64,000 nucleotides of DNA from Ruditapes philippinarum (Eukaryota): the NCBI RefSeq assembly GCF_026571515.1, contig NW_026863663.1, positions 1 through 64,000 of the forward strand. Reading direction: 5' to 3'. The position numbers and the translations under genes were made by a program. The notes under the pieces were generated by a model. The model searched no databases and was not told where the DNA came from. It was given only the letters and a program-made list of their open reading frames with translations. This document shows, in pieces, positions 12,901 through 28,100 of this stretch. How positions within the stretch are numbered: the first letter of the stretch is position 1; each line of letters begins with the position of its first letter.

Positions 12901-15679
12901 GCAAGTTCGCATAAATCAAATAAGTCTGAGGGTCTTTTTAAATAATTCAAGTCATGCTTTCTAGAGCGTTACAGTCATGTAATTAACTGTGTAATAACCT
13001 TTGTCACGCCACAATGAACACAATTTACTAGAGCATATTTCTCTCTCAAATTAGAGGGTTTTAAATGTTTAAATGGGGTGTCTTTTCGCAAGGAGTTTAT
13101 GACGTTTTAGATTAAAGAGTCATTTATCATATTTGGATACTCAATTTTAAGATATAACATAATGGTATTTGTATCGGTTTAAATGTCATAGATAAATTTT
13201 AAACGTGTTGAACAGATACGAATAAAGTGTTTATTATTTGTTTGAACAATGAATTTTACAACCCTTTTTATTTACAAATCTAATCTTTTAAGCAAATATC
13301 AATTGGATTTTACAGCATTATTAACTCTCACCTTTTTCAAAGATTTTTAAAATGTTCACAATAACAGGTACTATACATCAAGACAACGTATCTCAAATCA
13401 TCAGTCATATTGTATTTCATTTACCTCACATATTAGATGACGCCGCAGAAATAATATTGTAAGCGGGAAAATGTTACTTGTTGTCAGGGGTTTTAATAGA
13501 TTCTCACAAATACAACAAATACAATACAAGAAATTGAATATTTCGCAATCCTATTGCTCTACTTGTTTTGTATCAGTGTGAGAATAGCGGGTTAACCTTT
13601 ACATTGGCATGTCTCAAGGGAGAGAAAGTGTCACACATTTTACATATGTAATGTTTTATTGACTTGCCAAATGCTTTTATTAATTCATATAATGCGTAAA
13701 ACAAATGATGAATTCATTCCGTTTTTAATTGTAATATCGGTATTTACATGCCATTATATTTAAAGAGCACACTGTCAGATGAAGCCATATATTTAAAATA
13801 AACAATCATCGTATTTTATCACCATTATAAAATGATACAAATATCTACGACGTTCGCAATGACATATAGTTTCTCCTTGCGTGACCCGTGATTGATACTA
13901 TATCACTCTAGCTATCAAGGGACATATGAAGACCTTCATTTATATCACTTGTATATTCATAAAAAAAGACACACTATAATATACTAGCATCGGAATTCGA
14001 CAATTCGTAATTCATTGTACTGGTATGGTATTGGTTAGCATTACTATATATGCCATGCAAACGATAGAGCTCTTTATTTACAGACAATGGCATAATGATT
14101 GGTTTTATATTTCACATGGTTATGGCCATGAAATTGATGTATCTAACGTATTTATTTTATGATGATTTTATTTGATTTCCGCAATGTCCCTCATGCTCCT
14201 CACCTGCCGGAATCTATCGGACTTGAAAAAACACACACCCCAACGTAGATCCGCGACCAAAAACTATTATGGTCAATAATCTAAAACAATTATTAAATTT
14301 ATATGGAAAATAATAATGCAGTACATTTACTTGATGTTTATTAAGATAATGCACTGATAGGATATAAAGTACAATTTAGTTTTAAATGTGGGAGTTTGTA
14401 AAATGATATATCGTTATAAGCAACTGATTTAAATAGTTTAATATCATAATTATTTTAAACCTATATCCGTTATGATATTAAAGAAAAATGATAAATCAAC
14501 TGATAATGTTTCATTTTAATTTTTTATAAGTATTTATTAAGTAAAACTTTTGGAATAATTACGGTATATATCATGTATGAATTATCCTTAAGCGGTATCA
14601 AGGCTAGTGTATCATCGTTATTAGCAATGAGAGACTTATATGCTATGAATTTTACTTGATTTGCTTTTGTAAATTCAAATTTAGACAGGCACATTTACAG
14701 TAGTTACAATGTTTATATTTTGTTCTTATTTACAGCTCAAAACATCCCAAACAATTAAAACCGTTACAGGTTCGGTATGACCAAGCCTGTTCATGGACGG
14801 TACTAATTAGTGTAAGCTCCTTAACACCGGCTAAAGCAGAATCCAAAATAAGAAACACTTCTTCCCATTACTGAGTTATCTTATTCTAACTATAGTCTAA
14901 TGTATTGCAAATAGTTTTTTTTTCGTACTCTTGTACACTCCGGACCATAAAATTGATGGCAGAAACATGGCTTTTAATTTTATTGCTGTTCACAGAAAGT
15001 ATATTCCCATTGACGTTGCATCCCATTTGGTTTGTCAGCATGCAAATCGATTTGATTTCCCCTCGGTGATAAGTAAAATCCAGTACGAAACAAACGTTGC
15101 TTTGCTGATAACAACTACAATATATTCCAAGTGTGTGTCGTAAACTGTATACATAAAGTTGATGTTGGCATGCAAATAATCATAGGTTTTACCGTTTGAG
15201 ACGTCAGACTTATAGCCTTTTATTATTCTTTCCAGGATACAGTTAGTTATTAATGTACTTCGCTTGTAACTTCGTACGATTTTGTTGGGTTACGTTTTAT
15301 TCTTTATCGTGTTCATATATTTTGTGTACAAACTATTTGTGTGAATTAGTACTGAAATGTTACACTAGTATAAGAAGATGTCGAATTAATGACAAACGCA
15401 ACCCTCTTCAGTTATACGACACATATTTGGTGTTCAGATAAACGGCAAAGAAGAAAACACGCGAATTTGCTTTTTTAACAAAAGAACATAATTTAAATCA
15501 AGAATTCCAACGGGAGGCCCGGAGCGATTATCCAAATTTTGTCGTTTCTTTTAAAACGATGACTAATGACAAATAGAAATCTTCTCTTTGTTCACAATAG
15601 GACCGAATTCAATACCAAACCTTTTACTGTTCAACAATTGGATATAATCAGGGACCGCGGCTCCATTTTGACTTTAAGT

Positions 15680-15808
15680 CGAGGAACGTCTGTATCTGAA
15701 TGGTTATTGTCGTTGAATTCAAATCATTTGTCCTTCACCGCTGTGGTTTCGAATCCCAGAAAGGACCTTTGATTTTTTCATTTTAGGAAGCTACCCAGTA
15801 ACCTTATG
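15680..15808 (+). mobile_element. SINE family A, 5' fragment
   Basis: tggttattgtcgttgaattcaaatcatttgtccttcaccgctgtggtttcgaatccc...aggaagctacccag; matches the head of the 9675 copy. Confidence 0.55.
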
Positions 15809-18390
15809 TTGAAAAATTGACGAATTGATACAGATATATATTGTTTAACAAAAATAACAAGATCAGAGAATAATGGTCCTTTTTTGGCGTTCGTAAAATT
15901 TACACGAATATACATTTTTTGTTTCAACAAAAGGACATATTAAAGCAATATTTCTCGGCTCTTTTCTTTCAATATGAAGAAGAGTTTTTATATGAAAATT
16001 GAATATTTACCTACATCTTACGTTTAACATTTTACCTACTCGAACTTAACACAACAAATGATCACAATTTAACTCATCAATCAGAAATATCAAAAGAAGT
16101 AACATGATACTTTAATGATAAAGACATATAACATAACATAATCATCAATGCCATTACAAAAATGTCACTCATTAATTACTCGTGAAGCTCTAAATGCCTT
16201 TGATGTTGAACAGATAAAGTGAGCAAATTTTCCAGTGCATCTTTTGTATTAATGTTTTGCTACGTTTTATAAAGGTAAAAATCGATGATGTCTTATTATG
16301 TTTATATTCAATCGAAGTGAACTTTAAGCATTTCTGTGGATTATTATTGCTGTATAGGTATTTAACATTTGCTTTGATGAATGTAATAATTTTGTATGGG
16401 CGGATACATTCTTAAATCATGTAATGAATTACTTCACAAAGAAATAGTCTCAATATCAATTAGATTTTAAGTTATTTATTTTCACAAAAGAAGAAGAAAG
16501 TGTTTGACAGGAGACTTGATATTGAAGGAGCTCCACTTAGGAAAAAATCTAAATTATTACATAGACAAACTGGTCTACTTGAAATGAAAAAGTTGCAAAA
16601 GGTAATAAAGAACTCAAAATTAAACTGACAATCGATTTTTTGATACATTTTTTGTCTAAATTGAGTCAAAGCATTTTGAACGATTTTCAATAGTGATTGT
16701 TTTACACAATTACTTAAAAAAAATCAGGAAAAACAGAATGTATAAATGGTCTTAACTTTTGCACAAGACCTTGATCACAATGCACACAAATCTCGGGAAA
16801 AGATTTCCCTTCCTTGCATGTCAAAAAACCTCAGTGAAGTCCCTTTCGTTTGTTAAATACCATTTACTTTGGCTTATGATCTTGTAGTTTCCAAATTCCA
16901 GAAACAGGTACACATTTTTGCTCTTCATTTGTATAACATTTGGCATAACTCTTCCGGCCTCTGACAGATATGATTCATGTGCTCTATATCAACCTCATTT
17001 TCAATTATGTAGATTGAGAAGTAAATTGACTTGCTACCATATTATATTATGATTATTGTTCTAGTTTATCTCATGAAGATTGTAAATGTGTGTGTGTGTG
17101 TGTATTATGTAGTTGTAACATTTAAAGCATATGATCGGTCTTGCCATGCCAAGACTGTAATTTCTTATTTTGACCAATATCGGCGGAAAAGACATTTTTG
17201 TTTTTATAACTTTGAAGAAAGTTTTTGTATTTGTTAATCTTAATTTTAGGCACATCATTTTACTTTTTCCTACTAAGGTGCCGGCTCATGCGTGCCTAAA
17301 TTATCGCATTAACGGGACTAGGTTTCCTAAGCCAATGTTACTTAAAACCCAACAGTACTGTAATATTCTTCTTAAAATACAGTTTACAAATCAACATTTC
17401 CCACTCTTCAAATGCATGTTTTATATAGTGTATTTTCCTATCATTATGTATGCCTCATAGTTTGATAAATAAATTCATTATAATCTTTAAAGGTTAATTA
17501 ATCATAACTTCTTTGTCTACATACGTTCAATGGAACATGCCACCTATTTTTATGAAAAATGTCGAGTACAAGCACCATAATTATTATAATCATAATGCAT
17601 GCATATAAACATACAAAAGTTATATCTATATCTTATCGTTACATTTGTTTGGGTTGTAACAATTGTCATTTTATTTATTTAATTTAATATACATCATCCC
17701 ACTTCACCAAATATTTATTGTTGTTATCAGCTTTTTATTAAAGCTATAAAATCATAATTATAGTCACTGTCTATTGGTCTATTTTTCAAAATAATTTCCT
17801 CTAGTTATTTTTGACTTTTATCTTAAAACAAGTTTGGATTACAGGATCAAAATTTATGGAGAGAGACATTGAATTTTCTCTCCCGATATTTTCCGTTGAA
17901 AGAAATATCAAGTACCACTAATCTCGAAAGACGTCATTTTTGTAAGGTTATGTCTTCACTTCCTGATATATTCTTCTTATAGTTCCTGACAGATTTAGAC
18001 GTAAAGTAATTTATCAAGCTGAAATTGTCTTAATTCATGACAGTGTTTTTGATTCGTGCAGACATAAAGTCTTCTGTTTGGCTCGTGCATTACAATGAAG
18101 ACATTGCTTACTTTAGTACAACATATTGCATAACATTTATATTGCATGGCGAGAATAAAGGATATCATATCCTCAAACAAAGTGGGACGATCTATCTCTA
18201 CTTTGTTTAATGAAAAATTATCAGACGTCAATTTTGTTTACAGCGCTGCATTAATAAGTATTTAAAGGATGTCCACTGACTTGCGAAGGTCTAAAAACAT
18301 AAAAAAATGAAAAATCTTAGATTGATCATCTATGGGACTTAAGACGAAAAAATCATGTAAGAGATCAGAATTTAATTTTTAATACAGAAT

Positions 18391-18579
18391 TTATTTTCGT
18401 TCGATGGTGTGGGAAGCTATAAGCTTATAGACACACTTTGGAACCAACCAGTACTTAACAATGAGTGTAAGGTTTCTTGCTCAAAGAAACAACGACTTGC
18501 TCCTGACGGGGTTTTGAACCCTCACGGTTTGAGATTTATATATTACTAGTCCCATGCGTTAACCACTCGGCCAAGCCGC
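18391..18579 (-). mobile_element. tRNA-derived CORE-type SINE, family B
   Basis: Reverse complement has A box tggccgagtggttaa, a B-box-like ggttcaaaacccc, core ctttgagcaagaaaccttacactcattg..agtactggttggttcc and the palindrome ctataagcttatag. Second copy at 36050-36231. Confidence 0.75.
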
Positions 18580-21500
18580 AACAAGTCAATATTTATCAGG
18601 ATCCGTGCCCGATTGAGGTTATTTTGCACGATTAAAGGGTTTCAACAGAGTTTTTTGATATGATGGGACTGTAAAGCTTCGAGAATAATGCTCCATTTCA
18701 TGTAGGATTAGACCAGAAACTTGTGTGCAAAGTTTCAGATCATTTGCTGACTCCTTTTTTCCAGAATTTTAATTCTAATTGTGAAAAAAAAATATCCAAA
18801 ACTGAAAATCGTTGCAACGCTTGTCTTAGTTTAGAATAAAAATGCATTCTAATTTATTTCCGGTACAAAATTAATGAAACCATCGACATTCTGTAAAGTA
18901 AGCTGGCTGGAAATAACAGGATTAATGATACCTGTATGTTGCAATATTGGAAATGTTTCACTGCTTAGTACCTTTTCTTCGCTGAAATTGATGAGAATGC
19001 CAAACAAGCGATCGTAGAGCAGCATACCAATATAGTTATCTCAAGTACATTTGATCAAGTGTTTGAAGTTATAAATTAGATAGACCTGTAAATATAGTTT
19101 ATTGTTCTATAAATTCCTAAGAACGAGAACATTCTTTGGCTCATGCCAAAGTATCTAGTGCAAGAATGCAAATATGTACCAGAAGTACCTAGACATATGC
19201 ATGAATTTTGCATCTTTATTGATATATTCTCTGATTCATGATAAACGTGCGTTTGTTATTGTTGTAAGAATTTTTTTTATTTCAGAAATAAAGAGAGAGA
19301 AAGTTCTTACAAAGCCTCTAATTGTGTACCGATGATTTACAAAACGCTGTAGTCGTATGAATTTACATCTGGAGTACCAGCAATATCTCTATCGTAATAA
19401 TTTGAATACAAATGGGAACGATCATTCGTGAAATGAAGAAACTGAATTACCAACAATGGGTTTGACTTCAAGTTAATTGTGATCTTCATCTTCTACTGAG
19501 TGAACTTGATGATCTTCTCTTAGAAGAGTAATGTATAATATTAAATTTCAAAGTATATCGCTATTTTGGTCCACATATTTATTAACTTATGGTTTTGGAA
19601 AAAAAAGTTTATTCTATATATTTAAGCTCAAATCTGTTGGAATATGATACTAGTTTGCGATTCAGTCTCTTGTACCGTCATGCATTTACTTTAATTTTAC
19701 AATTGTTTTCGCCCTTGTAAGACGATGAAAGTATCTATCAAGAGGGGAAAGGATAATCTGACTAATAATTTGACTAGGCACGACTACTAAGCGAATTTGT
19801 AATACTTTTAAACTTACTGAATACCTAATCTCATATTCTTCCTACAAATAACAAATGCGTTGTTTGATCATTTGATAAGACGAAGAAAATAAAATGCAAA
19901 CTTACTATTGATTAATTTCTTCTATACAGGCGATCAGTCAATATCAATGCCATTATGTTTCTTTTAGAAACATTCACTGTCAGTTATAAATGAAATACCA
20001 TACATTTGCAATTGCAAAGGGAATACTTTTGCAACGAATGATAAACCTCCCTTATCGTCATTGGAATAAACTTAATTGATAAATAACATAACAAAAGTAC
20101 TTTTATATTAATGGGAAATTTCAATTAAAACAGCGAAAAAGGAAGACGAAGAAACAAAAGCCAGTAGCGTGTCACAGGAGATAGCGTATGAGAGCAGAAC
20201 AAATAAAGGTATTCGAATACTCTACCTTGCCAGTCCTAATCACAATCATGAGTGAAGATAATTCATTTGCCACTTAAAAAGGAAGAGGCAGGTGTTCGCC
20301 ATATGGAAACGTGTGCACAATACCTGTTTGATATAGTTCCTATGGCAAGAATTTTGCCATTTTTATAATGATGATAAAAGCTGTTATAGACTCTACTTCT
20401 TGTGTTTATTCTATTTCTATAAAAACATTCTGGTCTGTTATGCTTTTCCCGTGTTTTGTTACTATACATTCTTAAATCAATATAATTATAATTATGTTAA
20501 AAAGTGTATGTGTTTTATTCTCATTTACATGTGTTCAATGCATGTTAAATGAATTGTTTTCATTTCAAGTTTTATTTTTATCATTGTCTTTTTAATGAAT
20601 TTTGTAAATATATACGAATCGCATGACCCTTATGCAAATTTATGTGTGCAGCAACACCTACTAAGCTAAGCTTAAAGCTATGCTAGAACTTTATGAGCAT
20701 AACACAGATGTCAAGGCTGTGATAAATAAATTGGTGTTACACATGCTTTTTGCGTAATTTATAATAAAACAAAACAATAATAAAAGTTGAAACGAAGACT
20801 TAACTAACAATTTATTAAATTTAACGAATACAGAAATAAGAAAAGATTGGTTTATTGCTTAATAAAACTGTGACATTGGTTTCATGCTTGATAAATATTC
20901 AAGCTTAATAAAACAATGACAATGTTATATAAATTTGTGTTTTAATGATTTATATAGTTGTGACAATTGCGTTATGCTTAATTAAGTTGCGAGATAGTTC
21001 AATGCTTAGCGTAACTATTGATGTTAGATTTCGATATGATTCATGCTATAAGTATAGATATAAAAAACTTTTATTTAAATAATCAGTATGATGAAGTTCC
21101 ACCGCCTTTCCAAATATTTGCATGTTCGGCATATTTTACTAAGATAACCTTTTTCTGCATCAATGGAAGGTGGTTTTATATTGCCAATCTAACTCTTAAA
21201 AGATAAAGAGAATGTAATACCGCATTTTTATGTAGATTTACGTTACAAACTTAATTTATGGCTTACATTTAAAAGCAACAACAGCAACAAAAAACAACAA
21301 AAAGATATCAAAAATTAGAATAAATAAATAAATAAATTTATAAATAAACAATCAATCGCATAACGCCACCCCCTCCCCCCGAAAACATCAAATACTTACA
21401 GATAAAACAAAGGAAGACAAGAAGAAAGGAAAAAGAAGTAAACAAAAAAAAACAAGAAAATAGAAACACAAACAAATATTTGACTGTTGTTGATGCGGAT

Positions 21501-21974
21501 GATGCTGTAAATTTGTTTTTTTTAATATTAAACTCGGTTCTTTACCATGTGTTAAACAAGTCTTTAATAAAGTTACTTTATTTTTCATTACTATTATTAT
21601 TCATTAACAATAGCTGAAGACAAGCAGTATTTCGCATGTGAATACCTGAATGTTGTACCAGATCTTTTTGAGAAAAAAGATAAATATCCTAATAATGACA
21701 CAAGACATTAATATGATTATGAAGAGGTGCTTTGATGAAAGGCCTTCATTTCATAACAATATAACATGGTCTATAATAGACAAGATCTTTTAGTGTTGTA
21801 TATACAGAGATTGTTATCTGTAAAGACTTATCGAGGAGGTAACTAGATCATTATAAACACATTGTAAAACACCAATTACATCTGTAGACGGTGAATTTAT
21901 CCTGGGACATAATATAATTATGTCCCACATAAATCATAAAGATGTCTTTACTGAAGTTGCGCATGAGATTCATG

Positions 21975-22115
21975 ATGATAACAAAAAAAGATGGTGATCA
22001 TGGTGAAAGTGTTAAAGATGATATCGATGGCGGTGGTTATGATGATGATGATTATAATAATAGCGATGATGATAAAGATGATAAAGTTGATAAGAATGAC
22101 TATGTTGATGGTGAT
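21975..22115. repeat. Degenerate (GAT)n microsatellite
   Basis: Direct reading of gatgat/gataat runs. Confidence 0.7.
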
Positions 22116-25100
22116 TTAAAGAACACGACTCGTATTTACATGTTTTGTCATTTTCATATCAACACGTTACAACATTTGTAATACTTTTAAATGTATAGCT
22201 CTACAACCAGTTTTTTATCAGTACATACATCAAATACCTCTGGAAAAAAACACCAACGCAAACACGTGCAAAATATATAGCGGTTTAACATTCATACGAT
22301 CGAGAATAATCATTATCCACAGAAAAGATATAATTAGGGGAAATACGGTATGATGAACTGCCAGAGCAATTCACAAGAATAAGATTCCGCAGATAATATG
22401 GGCTATATCTCGTTAAAGGTGTAGTGAAAGATAATTAGGGAAAGGAAAGTTAGCGTTTAGTTCCTATCTGTCTGGCGGCTGCTATCTATCTATAGCAGTT
22501 TTCTATGTTCAATGGTATTTATGATAAATATTTAGCACTAGTTCTTAATCGGACCAAGTCTTCGATTAGACCATGGTAATTCGGACACGTGCTTATTTGG
22601 TTACATAGAGCCAACCTTGAATGATTGGCATAGATGTTTCTGTTCTTAATCATTGATTTCGATGGGCATGAATGTGCTCTTTAAAGTAAAGATGTAACTG
22701 TTACTGCGGTTCCAACGAGAACCATTGCCCCAGGTTCAATCACTATATACTAAGTTTGCATCATAAATTGATATATTAATGCAAATAATGAGCAATGCAC
22801 ACATTAATAAACTTGATCAAATATATTATTATGTGGTTTCGTATGTGTATTGTACCGTTTACTTTTATTTACTTGCACATGTTGCACCACTCATACTTAA
22901 AACTTATTACCGTACTGTTACGATATAATATAAATTAAATTACTTGTAAAAAGCAATTAAACTGCGAAATAAATTAAAATGAGGAATTATCGATTTGTAC
23001 CTAATCTAAAAAAAATCTAATAGAGAGGAAATTGTATGCAAATATTTACCATGTAGAAAAATGTTACATTTTCAAAAGGGCAAATCAATATGAGAAATAA
23101 CATATTACAGTAATCGTTTAAAAGTTTTAATACTTCTCAATCGTAATTTTCACCCAGTTGCATCAGTCACAGTGATTGTTGCTCACTTTTTTTGTGAATG
23201 GATGTGGATAACACGTTATATATGTATCTTCTTTGTGTAATTCCAATATAAAAACAAAACAAACAATAACACACACAAAAAAAAAAACAACAATTGGAAA
23301 TAACGAAATCCCTAGATAGGTTCTCATACTATATTAAACGATTGCTTAGGAACGTACCGAACATTAATTGATATACGAATATGCTGAAGTCGAAATATTG
23401 ATTTTGTAACATAAAATATTGTCGGAAAAAATATTTGACATTTTAGATATCATGATGAAGCATTGCATAATAGTTTTTGTTCTCCTTTTGCTACATCTAC
23501 GCGCGAAACTGTAATTTGATATCGATGTTTTTCACAGTTGTAGAAAATTGTATCGTTTTCAGAACATACAATACAAATTAATGTTTCTTTTAGAACAAAA
23601 ATTTTCTTCTTTTTTAAATTGGAATGTTTTCACCTTCCACATCTCAATAAACTTACAATGTAATATATCAAACAAGTAAAACATACTATGATGGCATCCA
23701 TCGGGGAGCTCTAGAAGAAAGTTTGAAATCCTCAATTGGAAGAGCTACATATTTAATTATTTAATTATTTAGTCTCTTGTGCAGATGAAGTCTTAAGAAA
23801 TGATAATGTAAGACATCTGTACCAAGACTTTACCTTTCAATCATACAGTGCATTGTTAGACATAAATACATCTTTTTATCATGAAACATATAATAATAAG
23901 TTTTACGAGGAGGAAATTATTTTACCTCGTTTCTTGAATGGCTCTTTTGTTGTTTTTGTTAATGTTTCCCATTACTGAAAATAATCATATAACATTCATT
24001 TCTTTCTTGATACATTGGGTCTTTATAATTTTGAGCAGATATGATGGTATCATATTAGGGATATATTTAGGATTTTAAATACGCCGATAGTGTAAGGTCT
24101 AGTGTAAGATTTCTTTACGTTTACACATTTAAGAAAACACGAACTCATTTTAGCTGATAGTTAGATTCATATCTCTAAATTGTATACAGCCATCACATTT
24201 TAATGAATTCTTTCAGAGGAATTTAATAATAGATGAATCAACATTCGCATTAAAGCCCCTATTGTCGACAAAACACAAGCGGATTGACATAAAACTAAAC
24301 TAATCTACATCAGTGACATAAAGAAATTAAATGTCGGCAATAATATCTGTAATAAGAAAAACATTACAGTCTGAACGCCCGTAATGCAATAAAGGTGTAA
24401 TTGCCTTTTTATTGGTACATAAATCAGCAACTGTCTTGTCTTCACTCGACAGAAAGGCCAATATTTGCAGTGTGAAATATATATCGCATTTTGTGATCCT
24501 GAAAATAATTAATTGTGATACTTCTAGACTTGGCTCTGATTTCTATTGCAATATGTTCTTGTAAATACTTGCAAATAGTAATTGATCGAAATAATCAAGG
24601 ATGCACAACATGTATTTTTTAAAAACATTTTAATTGTTACAAACAATGTCCTCATACCATCTCGATGATCAAAGAAATGTCATGGCTTCTTTTGAAGAAT
24701 CCGATTCATTTGAAGAGGCTTCCATGCTTGTAATTATCGTTTATTTTCTTGCACTGTTTGAACTTCTAATAAAGGAAACATTATTTGCTGATTCTAGGAA
24801 AGAATTAACAAAATTCTCTGAGGAATTATTGCCATTTTTTGTTATGACTCATTTGCACTGTAATTGTTTCATGTTTTATCATGTCGTTAAACGTTATTTT
24901 TTTAACCTGCATTTCGTTTTATTTCTTTCAAGAGATGTCCATTTGTCTGCACCAAATGGTATAAATAATGACGCGGTGTAATTAATAAATGTAATTGTAA
25001 AAGATATTGTAGTCAATTACTCGTACTTAAATGTTAATGATTTCTATACAGTTATGGCAATAGTTCTATACATCATGAAATAAGTAAAAACATGTTACCC

Positions 25101-28100
25101 TGTTCATTTATGTGGACTGTTATTGGCTCCCTCATCTGTTATAACATTAGGAGAATTGCTAAGAATCCGGTTCTTTCTCACCCATTGTGTGTATTCTTGT
25201 CTATATTTTAAGGCTGTGTCGTGTGGATTAATATGGTTTAGTGTTCTGTTAGACGTAATCGGATCTACATAAGAATGTCTTAGTGGCTCTATATGCATTT
25301 TCTTGGACGTTTAAAGTAGCTGCATTTATGGGAGGTGGGGGCAGCTTTTTGGTTGTTCCCATTGACCTTCCTGGCTATCAGCGTTCCTGTACAACGTAGT
25401 TCCATTTAAAGTAGCGACTGCCTGAACTAGAAGAATTGTGAAAGTGCTAATTACCTTCATGTTTGTATATAACTGTACACTGACATTCGTACTTGAACAA
25501 TATCAATACTTTCTTTAAAGACATTTAGTTCAGATATCATTTTATGCCAAGGTTCAGTTAATTTGTAATTAAGTGCGTTGCAACATCTGTCTACTCAGAT
25601 CTTTATGTCTATTAACTCTGTAAGTAAGTAAAAGTAAGATGAATTAATTTTAAATAACATCTCTGTTTGATTTCAGAATTATAATGTGAGCAACAGGTAG
25701 AACGTAGATAAACTAGCCACCATATACCATTTACAGAAATATTTCATCTGTCAAATTTTATATTTCCTACATTCATCTTTTATATGCTTTTGGATAATTC
25801 AATTAATATTAGAATTATTTTATAAACGCATGATACATGCTTCAAAGAGAAACATCGGTGTAAAAGCAATAAAAGAGTGCCGTGATGTAAATGAATTAGA
25901 TTTCCTCAGGAAAGTGGGCCATAAATTGGTTTTATTATCTTATTATAACACGATACATCTTCTGAATTCCTTTGCCAGGTTTCGAGGCTTTGTATATTGA
26001 TTGTACAGATGTAATTATCGTAAAAGACTCTCCAGAAATACGGTGTTTTGGTGATAGCAAGATAGTGTAAACAATCCTATCCGAGCGTCTTCATGAGATA
26101 TTAGTTTAAAGATAAAATACAGGGCAAGAATTATTGGCACATGTCAGAAACGAAATGCATTAAGATAAGTTAACTGAATGAATTGATATGTTTTGAATAT
26201 TATCGAGATATCGTTGAATTTCATTGTAGAGTGCGGCAAGAGAAAAAATACTTTATATTACTCATACCAAATCTTTATCCCAAATACATTAGCATATATA
26301 TGTTGATTGTCTAATTTTCTATCCTTGACCGCCAGATGAACATGTCTGGTGGTCAATTTGAAAAGTATACAGATAGGATATCGCAGAAAGGTTCAATGTA
26401 AAATCGGAAATTGAAGGTTTAGAAATAGTACTGTGTTTTTTTTTTCAATTTGAAATGTATTTTTTTAAAATTATTTCCAGTAATACAAGAAAGTTATGTT
26501 AAATAAAAAGGAATACCTTAAACGCTTATATCATTTCCAGAAATAGTATAACAGAAGTAAGTAAACAATGTGAGATATTACCACATGGTAAATAATGGTT
26601 AAAACTATTCAATTTCAATAACGTGTAAACGGCATACCATTGACACTCTTAAAACAATTAAACAACAATAATGATCCTGCAAATAAAAAAGGCTCCTTGG
26701 TGGTATTTAATAAACATTCGAAATATAAATATTAACAATATCAAAAAGACCGTAATTAAAACAACAAAAATATATCTTATTCGTGTTGATATTTATCTTA
26801 CAAATGGTCCTAATTATAATAAGCTGCTTTTTCAATCATCACACGGAATAGAAACATCATTGCTTGCCGCATGTTTGTGTGTGTTCCCCTTAAGTTTCTT
26901 TGTGAAGCAACCGGAAGCTAATTTGTGGAAACACGCCATTCATCTGAGGGCATGTGTGAAGAACAGTCGTTCATATTTAATTTGCTGCAATTGTATGAAC
27001 GCAGAAACACTTCAGGAAACATTTCCCAAATATGTTGCACTCGTACGATCGCTTGTATGCAAATGTTTGTATAAATATTGCATTTGCTGTTTGTGACTCA
27101 TATCGCAAAATGTGTCTGCGTTATTTTCTGAGCATTTGTGCTAAAACGTTTTCCCGCTGACGAAAATTAACATTAACAACATGCAAATTATTTCCTGTCG
27201 CCTCTTTGAAACATAAGCTGACAGTCCCCAAATAGATTTAGTTAGAATTTGATTAATTCAGTTTACTTTCCCAAACCTTTTCCATAACCGAAGATATAGC
27301 TGTGTATTGAACTTACAATGAATAGGAAAAAGTAGAAAACATTCACTACATCTCTCGAGAAATAATTAGATTGGCGGTGATACCGCTCACAAGACAATTT
27401 GATATTTGTCTGCTATCTTATATTACACGTTTCCTAGAAAATGGTGCCAAAACGATCATCGTCCGTCTGCAATTAATAGTTCGTCTGGCACCGTTATTTT
27501 GTAGCCATATCATTTCTTTTGCATTATTTACATTAGCTGCTGCAATACATTGATACTTTACTCAGGCTGTTTAAAAATTCTTAGCAATGTTGAAAAAAAG
27601 GGAAAAGATCTTTAGATTTTCGTCGTACCTCAAAACCAAGTTCAGTTCTGATTAATTCGTTTGTTTCAGATAAAAAAGCATACATATTTAGTACAAGGTT
27701 TAAACACAGCCAGCAACTTCTACATTTTAACAATCTATTACATATACTTATGTAATTGTATTAATTATAATTACAGAAAACAAATATACAAAACAAATTA
27801 AGAATAACACAGCAATACAATACACAACAATAATCAAGTATTATATGTAGAAATTTGTGACATTATGATGTTCAGATAGTTAACAAAACATCTTGCTTTT
27901 AACGGCTGTGTTATAGAAACGGCATGATTGATGCACTTGTTATAATAAATGGCGAATTGATGCAAATTGTTTGGCGTTATTTACCATAATAAAATAGGAA
28001 TAAAACTGCTCCTTTCCCGCACTAATCTCGCGCGCGGGTGGTCTAAACTAAACGATAAAAAAAGAGCACATGGTAAAATTGTTTAAGATTTTCAGAATTC

